Counted from the stretch's first letter, positions 13,861 through 26,472 are shown. The stretch is 64,000 bases of DNA from Octopus sinensis (GCF_006345805.1 NC_043000.1:36952001-37016000), one strand, 5' to 3'. Made by a program: numbers and translations. Notes: generated by a model from the sequence alone, not told the origin.

Positions 13861-14029
13861 GGTGGTGGCTACCCCCTCGTTATCAAATATGGCCATTGCA
13901 CAAAGCTTAAACAATGTTGTTATCGTGCAATGCCTGTGGAAGATTTTTTAAAGTGAGGAAAGGATGTGCACTGAGTCAATCCCACTCACTAAGCAACAGC
14001 AACCATAATCCGAAAAGAAAAACAAGTCA

Positions 14030-14410
14030 ACATCATCGGTAACCACTGAGCTGCAGGTTTTATGTCGGAGTTATCCCAGTTACCTGAGTTATCTTCTCCT
14101 AGAAGGATGCCCTAACAAAGGCTAGGAGTCCTTCACTCCCAATGGTTTAACCGCGCGATCGGGTATTCAGTCCGATTATTTCTATGTCCCCCGCATGATA
14201 CAGCCTTAAGTTATTTATTGGATGGCCGTTGACTCTCAAGAGTTCCTCCGCCCTTTGAGGGGTTTTGTTTTTCATCTCGCAGGGTGCCCAATAAACACCC
14301 TCCTCACCAAGCAAGCTTGGTGTGGTTGCCGGTTTAGTCGCCGACGACCTGACCATGCAACAGTTTGTACTGGGTTACATGTTACCAGTAGCACTCGAAA
14401 GTGACCTGAC
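14030..14410 (-). mobile_element. RTE-type LINE 5' UTR fragment
   Basis: ggcatccttctaggagaagataactc resembles the RTE 5' region; similar motif at 62395. Confidence 0.45.
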
Positions 14411-14442
14411 ATAACATATATATATATATATATATATATATA

Positions 14443-14580
14443 ACGGGAAGGTTAACGAAAATAAACAAAAGATGAAGGCAGGTGGAGTACAAACAAACAA
14501 ATGTATTAGTATGGCGCTGAGGAATAGAAATAGAACAAATCTTTTACGTTTCGAGCCTACGCTCTTCGACAGAAAAGAAA
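14443..14580 (-). mobile_element. Penelope-type pLTR fragment with minimal HHR-like motif
   Basis: Same family as 29325-29690; begins at (TA)n; minus strand ttttCTGTCGA-A-gagc-gtag-gctc-GAAAC-GTA-aaag. Confidence 0.55.
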
Positions 14581-14725
14581 CAAGGATTTTTTTACCTCTA
14601 AGAACACCTCTCCTACACGGATCAAAGTGACTTTGTTATATATATATATATATAGATATATATATATATATATAATATATATACAATACACAAACACAAT
14701 ATACACCCACAATATATATATATAT

Positions 14726-14771
<46 letters not shown>

Positions 14772-14785
14772 GTATGTATATATAT

Positions 14786-14837
<52 letters not shown>

Positions 14838-14992
14838 CGGTTGTATACTGTCAACTTAACGTGACAGTCCCGTAAAGGGAATCACCACACCGCTATTTAG
14901 CCCTAGGAAGCATCGACGCTTCCTGTCGGCTTTGACACATTTCCTGTCTTCTTATGTTTACGAAGGGGAGAGAAGCACCCCCAACAGCTAGG

Positions 14993-15049
14993 CCTACATC
15001 CAGAGACATGCATGTTTCTGAATCTTGCTCATCATCAGTCTGGAGTAGG
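14993..15049 (-). ncRNA. type I hammerhead ribozyme, canonical core
   Basis: cctac-tccaga CUGAUGA ugag-caaga-uuca GAAA C-AUGCAU-G UC^ ucugga-u-guagg; 6-bp stem I plus extension, 4-bp stem II, palindromic stem III ACAUGCAUGU; predicted cut between 15005 and 15004. Confidence 0.88.
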
Positions 15050-15334
15050 ATGGCCTTTCTCTTTATTATAGGCATGTAGCCTGAATATAGAATGGACATT
15101 ACAATAACATACAAACAATACAAAATTTAGGGTACATATAACAAATAATGAATATGAGACGAGTTATGTGTAATGGAAAACTGGAATGGCTTACGAGCCC
15201 CCCCCCCCAAGCTCGCAGTTTCATTTTACAATTCCTTTATACAGTTTGTAGTCGTTCTATTTATCTATCTGTTATATATTCTATTATGTCCTCCAGCCCA
15301 ATCATGTTGGCCAGATTATCATAACGAATATATA

Positions 15335-16520
15335 TATTATATGCTTTGACCTTGTCTTTGAATGTCTCTACTAGTTTTTTCATTTTTTTCTCGTTCCACT
15401 AATGCCGCTCTAATGCTTGGTTCAAACATGTCGTGTTCCAATTTTACTCTTATCAAACCTTCTGTTTTGGTTAACCTTTTCTCTATTTCCATATCCTTTT
15501 CGTAGAGTATCAATGTTCTTAAATTCTGTCCCGAAGCTCGTCCTGTTCGCCTTACATAATTTACTCGCTCTCCTCATCCATTCTTCGCATTTCGCCTTTT
15601 TTTAGCTTTATTTTCTTCACTTTTTGTCATTGTCTTCGGTTCCTGAGTTCGAATCTCTGTACTTTCTTTTTCACTTACTGGTGTTTTTTTTTCTTCTTGG
15701 AGCTTTTAGGTGGTGACTCCACCTTCGTTCTCTTTCTTTTTTTCCTCCTCTCTCGCTGCGTCGCTGCACATTTCCATCTCTTCCACATGCACTTCTCTTA
15801 GGGGACACTTTGCTTGCATATGTCCCCTACTTTTACATTTGTAACATATTGGTGGTCTCCCCTCCACCACGACTCTCAGTCGGGTTTCGTCGAGTAGCAT
15901 CAACTTCTCTGCAATGATGTGTAAATCCGGCAGGGTTATGTGTATCAGGGCTTCCACATCATAACTCCACCAGTTAACGTCTCTTTTTTTTTCAACTTTG
16001 AGGATATCTACCTCCTCTTTATAATTGTATATTATGGCTGCTACCAGCCTTTCTACATCTATCTCCGTTGGTACTTTTCCTATTCTCACTTTCGCCGCTC
16101 GTTTTCCGCAATAGGTAGGTAGAAGTATCCACCTAGCTGTTCTCAATACCGTAGTAGCGTGTCTTTTAGCTTCTTCCTCACTTTCAAAACATACTTCTAC
16201 GGTAGCGAACTTCCTTCCTCTTGTGTAGAAGGTAGTCCTATCTTTTATCTCTGCTAGACATTCCTCGATGTCTTCTATCTCTGCCACTTCTATCTTTTTC
16301 GTGGCTACATTCCACGTTCTGTAGACAATGATCTTTCTCTCCGCTTTTTCTACATCGTCCTTCGGCGGTGTAATTCGAAGGCAATCTCCCTCCTTCTTAA
16401 AACTTTCAAAATATTTTTTTCAGGTTTCCCTTTTCGATTACTATCTCTTTTAACTGCATCGGCAGACATGCTTTTACCTGCTGCTTGCGCGTAACTTGCT
16501 GTTTGCATACCCAACAGTGG
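15335..16520 (-). pseudogene. Tx1/L1-clade ORF1 (gag-like: RRM-like region plus CCHC zinc knuckle), disrupted
   Basis: SYAQAA near the N-terminus; RVVVEGRPPICYKCKSRGHMQAKCP (CX2CX4HX4C); 193-aa open core at 15706-16287; frameshifts upstream and in-frame stops downstream. Confidence 0.85.
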
Positions 16521-16883
16521 GTAGCAATGAAACAATTTTCAAAAATTCAACAATAACAATACTTTCAACAATAACAATTTTCAATAACAATTTTCTGTAC
16601 TCACAATATCACAAAGCCAACTCAGAAAAACCAACACTCCGACGATGCACGTGACAATTTAGAGTAGCATGGCCTGCTAGCTGAAGATGCTTGCAAAGCC
16701 TTCGTAAACATATATATTTTCAGTGAAGTTTATACACTGATCACCAAAATTAGAAATATTAAATTTCTAAATATCTCGGAGAGATATGAGCGGTGGTAGA
16801 ACGATAGAGCGGTTGTATACTGTCAACTTAACGTGACAGTCCCGTAAAGGGAATCACATCACCGCTATTTAGCCCTAGGAAGC

Positions 16884-17083
16884 TAGCAAGTGGAACCTCA
16901 AAAGTGGTAAAATCCAAGTGAGGTGTATACCGCGGGCCAAGAATATCTGAATTAGATTAAAGGCAACATTGTCGGAAGGAAGTACGTGTTGACGCAAAGA
17001 TTCAGTCAGAATCCTTGGCCTGAAGAGTAGCCGACGGTATACACCTCACCTGGATCTTACCACTTCTGTAGGTCCACTCGCTA
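16884..17083. other. 200-nt rod-like inverted repeat (hairpin)
   Basis: Arms 16884-16932 / 17035-17083 and 16935-16950 / 17006-17020 pair with 5 A-C mismatches and 3 single-base bulges. Confidence 0.9.
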
Positions 17084-17366
17084 TGAAGCATATGTAGCCT
17101 GGATTTCCCACACTCCATTTCGTAACCCTTGTATTCTTTTTCGCATACTCGGCAACTCTGGATGCCTAACGAGGAATATAAAAAGAACTTCGTTCCAGCT
17201 CACCGTTCTTCGATGAAAGAAAAACAATCTGGAAATTTCCATCTCAATAAACCATTATTGTTTCTGAAAGTATTTTTTTTTATTCACTACAGATTGCTGT
17301 AAGCTAAACCTTCTTCCTACACCTGGAAACCTGGATCTTATATATATATATATATATATAAGATCC

Positions 17367-17434
<68 letters not shown>

Positions 17435-17875
17435 TATATACATATGGCGCCTGGTCAGAGGTGGAGGCTGGTGGCATTTGATAAATCTATCGAATATGGT
17501 GCTGACGATAGAAATTAGGCAATTTCTAGCGTACGATCTAGAAACATGTTCGCCATTAACGGTAAGAGATTGTTTTCGTTTATTTACTACTTCGATTTTG
17601 CGTGTGTGAGTCGCAGGGTTATGTCGTATATGGAGCCTCCACTCGTAGAATATGGAATTAAACAGTCTTTGACTGCCATTTCTAATTCCTTCGGTATGCG
17701 GCAGAGCAACCTGTTGCCTGCCCTTTTAATTATATTTACTATATATACTGAACTCTACAGAAGTTCCTGACGCTAAAAGTCATATTTACAAACCGAAATT
17801 TACCGGTAAATAATTGTTGGTTGTCTAAAAAACCACGGAAAAAATTATTTACCCTTTTTATTATATACATATATA

Positions 17876-17915
<40 letters not shown>

Positions 17916-18247
17916 ACACATTATACGTATCGATTGAGAGCGAGAGAAAGAGAGAAATAGACAGTAGATAGATAGAGATACAGAGATATATAGATAGAAA
18001 AATATGTATATATATATGTGTGTATGTGTGTGTGAACATCTTTCTGTGTGAAATATTTTTTTGCTTTGTTTTTCTAAGTATTGCATGTGAATACACTTCT
18101 AAATAATGTATTTTAGAATGAATATAACGTGTGCACCCGCCAACATACATACGAACGGACATCTCCCCATATAAATATATATATATATATATATATGCGC
18201 ACATATTCACGTTCATGCTCCTGGAACGCAAGAAAGTAGCTAGCTAC

Positions 18248-18375
<128 letters not shown>

Positions 18376-18386
18376 TAGATAGACAA

Positions 18387-18454
<68 letters not shown>

Positions 18455-19072
18455 GCCGACAGATCGGTAAGTAAGCAGGTGTAGAAGCTGTGAATGGCGC
18501 CTGTCGCCACTTTATAAATGAAGAAGCCATATCCATCGTTATTTCTTCCAAGCTAGCAACTCCATTTGCTAAATTGCTGTGGCTGCATAACGGTGAGCAT
18601 GCTGCAATATAAGTCAGTCTGGTGCAGATTTAAATCAGCGATTTACTTTTAAAGAACGTTCAGCTCAGTGCACTGGGGAGAGATCTTGATAGAATACTGT
18701 TCAGCCGACTGACATTTCTGGATAAAGTGGTGAGGGACGTTACTACTTAAACGATCGCTTCCACAGATAGAAATTGGGAAGATAACGGATGTTTCTGATT
18801 CCATTAAGTAGACAAAATGAAGCTCACGTGTAGAGAGCGATGTGGGTATGAGAGAGGAAAAGGAAACGGAGATAAGTAAAGGTGTGGAGCGTATCTGAGA
18901 CTGAGGAGGGGGCGGAAGAAGGAGAGAGAGAGAGAAAGAGGGGGAAGATAACGTAAGTATCGTAAGAAAGTTTGTGATTGTTCATACTTCAACTAGATAA
19001 AATGAATACCTAGTTTAAAAAAGGTGTGTTTTCACAGAATCGATGGAATTCGCCATTTTAATAGCTTCACTT

Positions 19073-19140
<68 letters not shown>

Positions 19141-20171
19141 GTATATATATTCATATATAGACATACATATATATATGTATATATATATATATATATGTAT
19201 ATATATGTATATATATATATATGTATGTATATGTATGTATACGTATGTGCGTGTGTGTATTATACATTTTAACTATAAAAAATCGACATTTGGTTACCTC
19301 CATTAGTTATGTTCTATTTAGAGCATTTAAGAAAATCCTATGCCAAGTATGGAAATGGCTTGTTTTGAACCGTTCCTGTTTTAAAACTTGGTGCAGACGC
19401 ATTATAGTAATGTCTACAGTGTTCAAAGCAATGATTGAAGAATAAATATACTTTGAATTCATAAGTGAAATATATTCTATAAAAAATGCAGTTTATGTTA
19501 ATGGCTCAGTGCGATGTTTTCCACATAATTAGTCTGAAACTTTTAAGAAAAGCCCACAACATTGGAGATTCTTGATAGCTCATTAATTCCCAAAGCTCTT
19601 AAGAATTTCCTAAAATCCGACAATTATCTCAAAATATTTGGAAACACATTTACATTTTCGCTTATCATCTTATCTCAAGGGTCCTTCTAGTACTAAGCTC
19701 TCTCTACATATAAATAAGTCATAAATTAAAGATCCCAGATCCGCTACATAAGCAAGCTCAGAGCTTACGATCTCTGATGAATTCTCAAGGACCCTCCCAT
19801 AAACTCGACTACGATACACATTGTAGTATTTTTCGAACACCTCGTATGGTATAGTTACTACACTCACAAACATTATCGATAACATTCATGAAATCAATCA
19901 TCTGGGAAATTACCAAAGTGTATCTCACCAACCACGTCACTGACTACAACCACTAATATATATATTTTTTTAGCTTATCTCTATTGATGTGCCATAAAAT
20001 TTGGAACCAGCACTGAAAGTTACGTTTCGCATAGGAATACGTATATGTAAACAATGCGATAGAGAAAATAGGTAATGGGTGTATATACATATTTCAAGAA
20101 TTATCGCTCTTTCGTCAGCACTACATCCAACCCATCTAGTATGCACTAACGCATTGCTTGAATATCCACAT

Positions 20172-20375
20172 AGGCACAGCGGTGGCTGTGTGGTAAGAAG
20201 CTTGCTTCCCAACCACATGGTTCCGGGTTCGGTCAAGCTGGCAAGATTTTTAGTACATCAGGAAAAATGCTTAGCGGCATTTCGTCCGCCTTTAAGTTCT
20301 GAGTATGACTTTGCCTTTCAGCCTTTTCGGGTCGATAAAATAAGTACCAGTTGAGCACTGAATTCGATATAAAAA
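20172..20375 (+). mobile_element. SINE family C head joined to family M body
   Basis: ggctgtgtggtaagaagcttgcttcccaaccacatgg followed by the family M core. Confidence 0.7.
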
Positions 20376-22223
20376 TTCCTACCACTGCGCCAAAATGTTA
20401 AACCAATATCTATGGTAGTTCATAATTGTTTTGCTAAGCCAATAACAACGATACAAAGTATGTTGCCCTTAAAACGGTTTCTCTGCATTTACAAAGAATA
20501 CCGAAATATCTTACACAGGATCTCGTTTTTAGAATTCTCAGTAAGTTATGAATACCCAAATTGTGAAGTCAGTTATATCATAACATGAAATTAGTTACCT
20601 GACTGTAAGAATTCAAAAAAAGTAGACCCTTGAAGGGCTTTAATGCGTCCCCACAGTATATAGAACTTACGAGGAAATACTAATAAGGTATGTACACTAA
20701 AATCATGAAGCATGTTACGTAATAACAGACTAGTAAGATATGAGTTAATAACATTTCAAAGTAAATAACTCTCAAAAGGACTTTTGTGCGTTCCTAGAGA
20801 ATATTACCCTCAGCGGCGCTAGTTTTGGTATATTCATGAATAAGTCACTAACCGAAATAATTGGATCTACTGTTTAGGAAAATACTATATACTTGTTATT
20901 TGCGAAAATATTTTTAACAGTTCAAATACTAAGAAATAACCACACTCAATTTGATTTATACCAAATGATTTAGGAAAATGAATAGGCCATTTTTCTTGGT
21001 TGTTGAAATATATTAGATATATATAAGGATCCCTTCCTGAGGTCCTATTATTATGGTTTTTTTCAACAATCTGAGTATGCCATGAGGTTTCCAGACATGA
21101 GTTTCTTCAAAATCGATAAAACGAAGAAGGAGGGGTTACCTAACAACTCCACAAACACACCCACAGACAGAATCTCTCACATATGTAGTAGGTATTGTAT
21201 TTGATAGAGCTTTTTTTCTTTTTCCTTGCTGGATCTAAACAAAGAGTTGTTGCCCATAGCTTTCGCAAGTACCATTAGACCGGTGAAGATCTGAACTTGA
21301 ATGCAAGTCCTAAGGTGTGCTGGACATATCAACGATGCTGAGAAGACAAGATATTATGGAAAAATTTTGCGCAGTAATTATATTGCTAGTCTAAATAAAT
21401 TCGATGCTTGGTGACATTTCAATCCAGAATATAAAAAAAAAAATTTAAGAAATACCACACGGTGCATTGTCCGTCGCTCTGCCGATTCGACGATCAACCG
21501 TTCAATAATTTTCTTCCTGATGTAATCAGATGTGATTGTTATCGCTTTCCTTTTGTAACATTATATACGACACCTAAAAATGGTATGCTTCAAATGATTG
21601 GAAGAAGATAGCCGCCCTTTTGACACTACAACGTGAAAATCGATAACAACTTTTGATTAGTCCCTATAATGATCCTTGATATCAATGCAGAATCTTGTTC
21701 TTAAATATTGATTAACAGAAATAGATTGTAGCCGTCGTCAAGTTTCAATTAAACTCTAAGTTTACCAAAAGATCTTTCATTGCTTCTGTAGCTTCTTTCA
21801 GTAAAACATTCATCTCTTATTCAATAGCCATCTATGTATTATGTTTAATTTAAATTCCATACAGCCTCAATTACGTATGACCGATACTTATACAGACTGG
21901 AGAATAATTTGGGGATTCAAAACATTAAAGGGAGAGAGAGGTGGAAAAGGCAAGCAGGATTGAGACGGGGCGAGATTAGCTAATAGTCGAGGGATCGATG
22001 GAATGTGCTTCCTGGGATCACAAGAAATGGTGTTTTCATAGGAATATAATCGAAAATGATTGTTGATTCTATAATAAATAATACGTAGCAATCATGCAAA
22101 AGAGCATACGTGTGCACACAATAAAGATGATGGAAAATACATACTAGGGGAGGATTGTGAATCCACTAATTTATTAAATATCCGAATGTAGAATTCTGAA
22201 TGATAAACACAAGCACTTACACA

Positions 22224-22261
<38 letters not shown>

Positions 22262-22526
22262 ACTCACAGATACACTACATACGTGTGTGTATTTTGCTTT
22301 TATATCCGACAAATGAAAGTATCGGATAAGTTTCGATCTTACTGAAGCTCATCAATAATATATGCATGTCTCAGTTGGCTGAAGTGATCAAGCATATATA
22401 GAAACAGAGGAAAATAAGTATGTTTTACCCTATATAATATAATTATATATCTCTGTATATATATATGTATATATACATATACACACACCGGTGAAAAATT
22501 CGGTGGATGATTCCACGTAGTGGTAA

Positions 22527-23269
22527 ATATGAAATAAGATTTAAGTTGAAAAAGCACAGAAATCGTGTTTGTGTAGATAAAGATTACTTAATCCATTACA
22601 ATATGTACAGATTCCACCGGTTTCGCTTCGCTAATCAGGTTCAATGTTATGAAATCATAAGTTTTTGATTTAATCTTGCGTAGGTGCAGGTATGAAAATC
22701 GCATCTAAGCCATAGCATGTTCCAGCTGCAGTAAGAACAATATAGGCTCAACAAGAATGTCCATCAGACATAGATCTACACTAAATAGACAATAAGTCTA
22801 CCACTCCCAATACCGGCAAATACCACTCAGTGGTCACATAGACAGATGTGCTAAGGAACGCCAACCACAATTCACATTACTTCCACTATACCAATTTACA
22901 GAAAGGACCTCAACTCAACAAAGACTAAATAAAGAGGCCACATGTATTGAAAAATACAAACCAAAACTTCACATGAATATATAATGGAATTCAAAAATTA
23001 AAAAAATATTCACAACCAGAAAAAAAGTAAAAGACTTACCTCCACTGAGCTACGAAATATTATATCCACTGATTATCTCTTTGGCTAAAAAGCATTATAT
23101 TAACTGATTATTGCCCTTGTATAAACACAAAACAGTTTCTTATCTGCTTTTAGGAAAGATCAAATCAAAAACTTATAATTTTATAATAGTGTCATCTCTC
23201 TATACTGTAATGGATTAAATAATCTTTATCTACACAAACAAGATTTCTGTGCTTTTCCATCTTAAATCT

Positions 23270-23280
<11 letters not shown>
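22527..23280 (+). mobile_element. 5'-truncated Penelope-like element (GIY-YIG end) with inverted pLTR
   Basis: 22697-22983 translates I*AIACSSCSKNNIGST..IRHR....LSGHIDRC....RLNKEATCIEKYKPKLH (PLE GIY-YIG); 22527-22679 is an inverted copy of 23152-23280. Confidence 0.8.
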
Positions 23281-23324
<44 letters not shown>

Positions 23325-23419
23325 CATACATACATATAGACATATATAGATATAGATATATATATACATACATACCTACATAGATACATACAAGTGTGTG
23401 TACATGATCTTTCTTTAAG

Positions 23420-24035
23420 TTTTAATTATGTTCTTGAGAGAGTTCAATCTTGTCGCTAAGAAAGCGACAAGGCTTTTCGAGTCAAGAGAGTTCCCGGTGT
23501 TCGTTGTAAACATGGAGTTGAGTTGGTTAAACTCTTGATGAATACGCCCAAGTGTGTGCATCTATTCACATAAGATTCTCACATAGAGAATGTTGAGAGT
23601 GTCTTACGTATGTTCGCAGTGCCACTAATAGACTGGATCTGGAGGATCCGCTTTCTTTTGCTTTCTCCGTAGAACCGAGTATTTCTAGGTTTTTGATTAT
23701 GTATGTATGCCTCAGTAATGCTGGACTCAAGAGTCATCTTCGTAGTCAAAAAGCAAGACAGATGAGTGACAACCTGCCCTCTGGTGGTGGTGTTACACAC
23801 CATACTAATTATATCTGTCAGGCATGTGGAAGAGAGTGTAATTCGGCAGGAGGACTTAAACCACATGCAAAGGTACATGAAGCCCAGTTACAACTACAGC
23901 CGGCTACTGCCAGTAAAGATTTTAGTTGCCAATTCTGTACAAGACTTTGTAGATCTTTAGCTGGGCTAAAAAAAGTCACATTCGATCACAGCACCGTTAA
24001 CAGTTAAGCTTCGATAACGAGGGGGCAGCCATAAT
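23420..24035 (+). mobile_element. RTE-type LINE 3' end with C2H2-like fingers; 5' part inverted
   Basis: CQACGRECNSAGGLKPHAKVH, CQFCTRLCRSLAGLKSH; ends cttcgataacgagggggcagcc; 23420-23696 reads PRNTRFYGE..KR on minus. Confidence 0.6.
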
Positions 24036-24226
24036 GTATATATGTATAGGCATACACACTTTACTCTCTTATTTCACTGATTGAACTGCAGCGACGCTGG
24101 AGATTAGTGGAACAAATTGACCACAGCACATATCTAAACAAATCCAAAAACTTTGGTCAAGGTGTGACAGAACACCAGCTTACTCATACATGCATACATA
24201 TATATATATATTACACACACATATAA

Positions 24227-24279
<53 letters not shown>

Positions 24280-24575
24280 TATATGTATGTATATATATAC
24301 ATATACATATGTGTGTGTGCGTGAGTGTGTGTGTGTCTGTATGTGCGTGTGTATAATACACACACATACATGTATATATAGAGAGAGAGAAAGAGAGAGA
24401 TTAGTTTTAGAATTCAACAGAATCTAGGCATATCAGCAGGTAGGGCGCCAGAAATGGCTAGGTACAACAACATAGGGTACACAGTAAAGTAAAACAATGG
24501 GGTACTATAGATACGTAAGTACCAAATCAATTTCAACCGTAGTTCCGATGCAGGATCGGTTCTACACATGCCATA

Positions 24576-24620
<45 letters not shown>

Positions 24621-24716
24621 CGTAAAGGAATGTGGTTTTGAATTCAGGCAGGCGTCACAATACAATAAACAAGCTTTTGAGGATGTATAATTCTTCATTT
24701 TTCTTTTCAACATCCT

Positions 24717-24764
<48 letters not shown>

Positions 24765-24780
24765 TGTGTGTGTGTGTGTG

Positions 24781-25535
24781 TACGTGCGTGCGTGCATGCG
24801 TGCAATATCAATGTAAATTTGATTGCAACAACTATATTTCTGTGTTTTTTTTTATTCTTCCAGCAATCATCGTTACAATAGGAATCGGTTGAAAAGCCTT
24901 GTCAGTTATGACTATACAGGAGTGAGGTGCGAAGGAAAAGGTGATCTAGAATTGTATATATTTTATATGTTTAGGTTGGTTATTTAAGTAAACATCGTTT
25001 AATGAACGAACAAATTCTTTTAACTGATTTGGTTGTTTCTTTCTGTTGTTGTAGTGGTGGTGATGGCGAACTGTTTATGCATGCTATGAATGTTATGAAA
25101 GGATATTCGCTTTTAGTAGCTGTTTTGTAAAACTAATTCTGTATTTCTTCCTGAACATGCAAAATTGCAATTTGGATCATAATTTTACATCTAAAAGGTT
25201 ATTCTATGGGCGAACCTTTTATTATCTATAAATTTTTATGTTCAATTTGAGTTTTAAATCTTAATTATAGACGAGCTGCCTTTAATCGTGTATACATCCA
25301 GTTTATCTTTTAGTTTTAGTTTTAATAAAATTATGTAATGGGGAGTTGGTGCTAGCAGCTTGTCTCTGGGGTTAGGTATCACTTTCTGTTTATAAATTCT
25401 TGCATTTTATTAAATACGAAGCATGAAGATGCATGGGTAAGTGGTCAGTGTGTTCGACTTACGATCGCGAGGTCGTGATTTCAACTCTTAGACCAGGAAA
25501 TAAACGAGGAGGAAAACTGGGAGTTAAAGATATAT

Positions 25536-25595
<60 letters not shown>

Positions 25596-25604
25596 CATAC
25601 ATTT

Positions 25605-25645
<41 letters not shown>

Positions 25646-26411
25646 GTGTGTGTGTGTGTGTGTACGTGCGTGCGTGCATGCGTGCAATATCAATGTAATT
25701 TGATTGCAACAACTATATTTCTGTGTTTTTTTTTATTCTTCCAGCAATCATCGTTACAATAGGAATCGGTTGAAAAGCCTTGTCAGTTATGACTATACAG
25801 GAGTGAGGTGCGAAGGAAAAGGTGATCTAGAATTGTATATATTTTATATGTTTAGGTTGGTTATTTAAGTAAACATCGTTTAATGAACGAACAAATTCTT
25901 TTAACTGATTTGGTTGTTTCTTTCTGTTGTTGTAGTGGTGGTGATGGCGAACTGTTTATGCATGCTATGAATGTTATGAAAGGATATTCGCTTTTAGTAG
26001 CTGTTTTGTAAAACTAATTCTGTATTTCTTCCTGAACATGCAAAATTGCAATTTGGATCATAATTTTACATCTAAAAGGTTATTCTATGGGCGAACCTTT
26101 TATTATCTATAAATTTTTATGTTCAATTTGAGTTTTAAATCTTAATTATAGACGAGCTGCCTTTAATCGTGTATACATCCAGTTTATCTTTTAGTTTTAG
26201 TTTTAATAAAATTATGTAACGGGGAGTTGGTGCTAGCAGCTTGTCTCTGGGGTTAGGTATCACTTTCTGTTTATAAATTCTTGCATTTTATTAAATACGA
26301 AGCATGAAGATGCATGGGTAAGTGGTCAGTGTGTTCGACTTACGATCGCGAGGTCGTGATTTCAACTCTTAGACCAGGAAATAAACGAGGAGGAAAACTG
26401 GGAGTTAAAGA
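24781..26411. repeat. 882-bp tandem duplication
   Basis: 24781-25530 nearly identical to 25663-26411; bounded by TG/TA microsatellites. Confidence 0.95.
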
Positions 26412-26416
26412 TATAT

Positions 26417-26472
<56 letters not shown>

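Larger units (their letters stand above)
14836..16883 (-). mobile_element. composite retroelement: 76-bp terminal direct repeats, Tx1-like ORF1 and hammerhead
   Basis: 14836-14911 vs 16808-16883 identical at 74/76; interior ORF1 relic and HHR on the same strand; no RT/EN. Confidence 0.75.

Noticed and set aside
17020-17040. CTGAAGA in the hairpin bulge as an HHR
   Set aside because: Followed by GACG rather than GAAA, with no stem III or cleavage triplet.
19774-19780. CTGATGA hammerhead core (also 1700-1706 and 10500-10506 on minus, 54992-54998 on plus)
   Set aside because: No stem II plus GAAA plus stem III/UH plus stem I can be built around them.
23693-24007. Host C2H2 zinc-finger gene
   Set aside because: It lacks TGEKP linkers, is frameshifted, ends in an RTE-like tail and adjoins RT-tail sequence.
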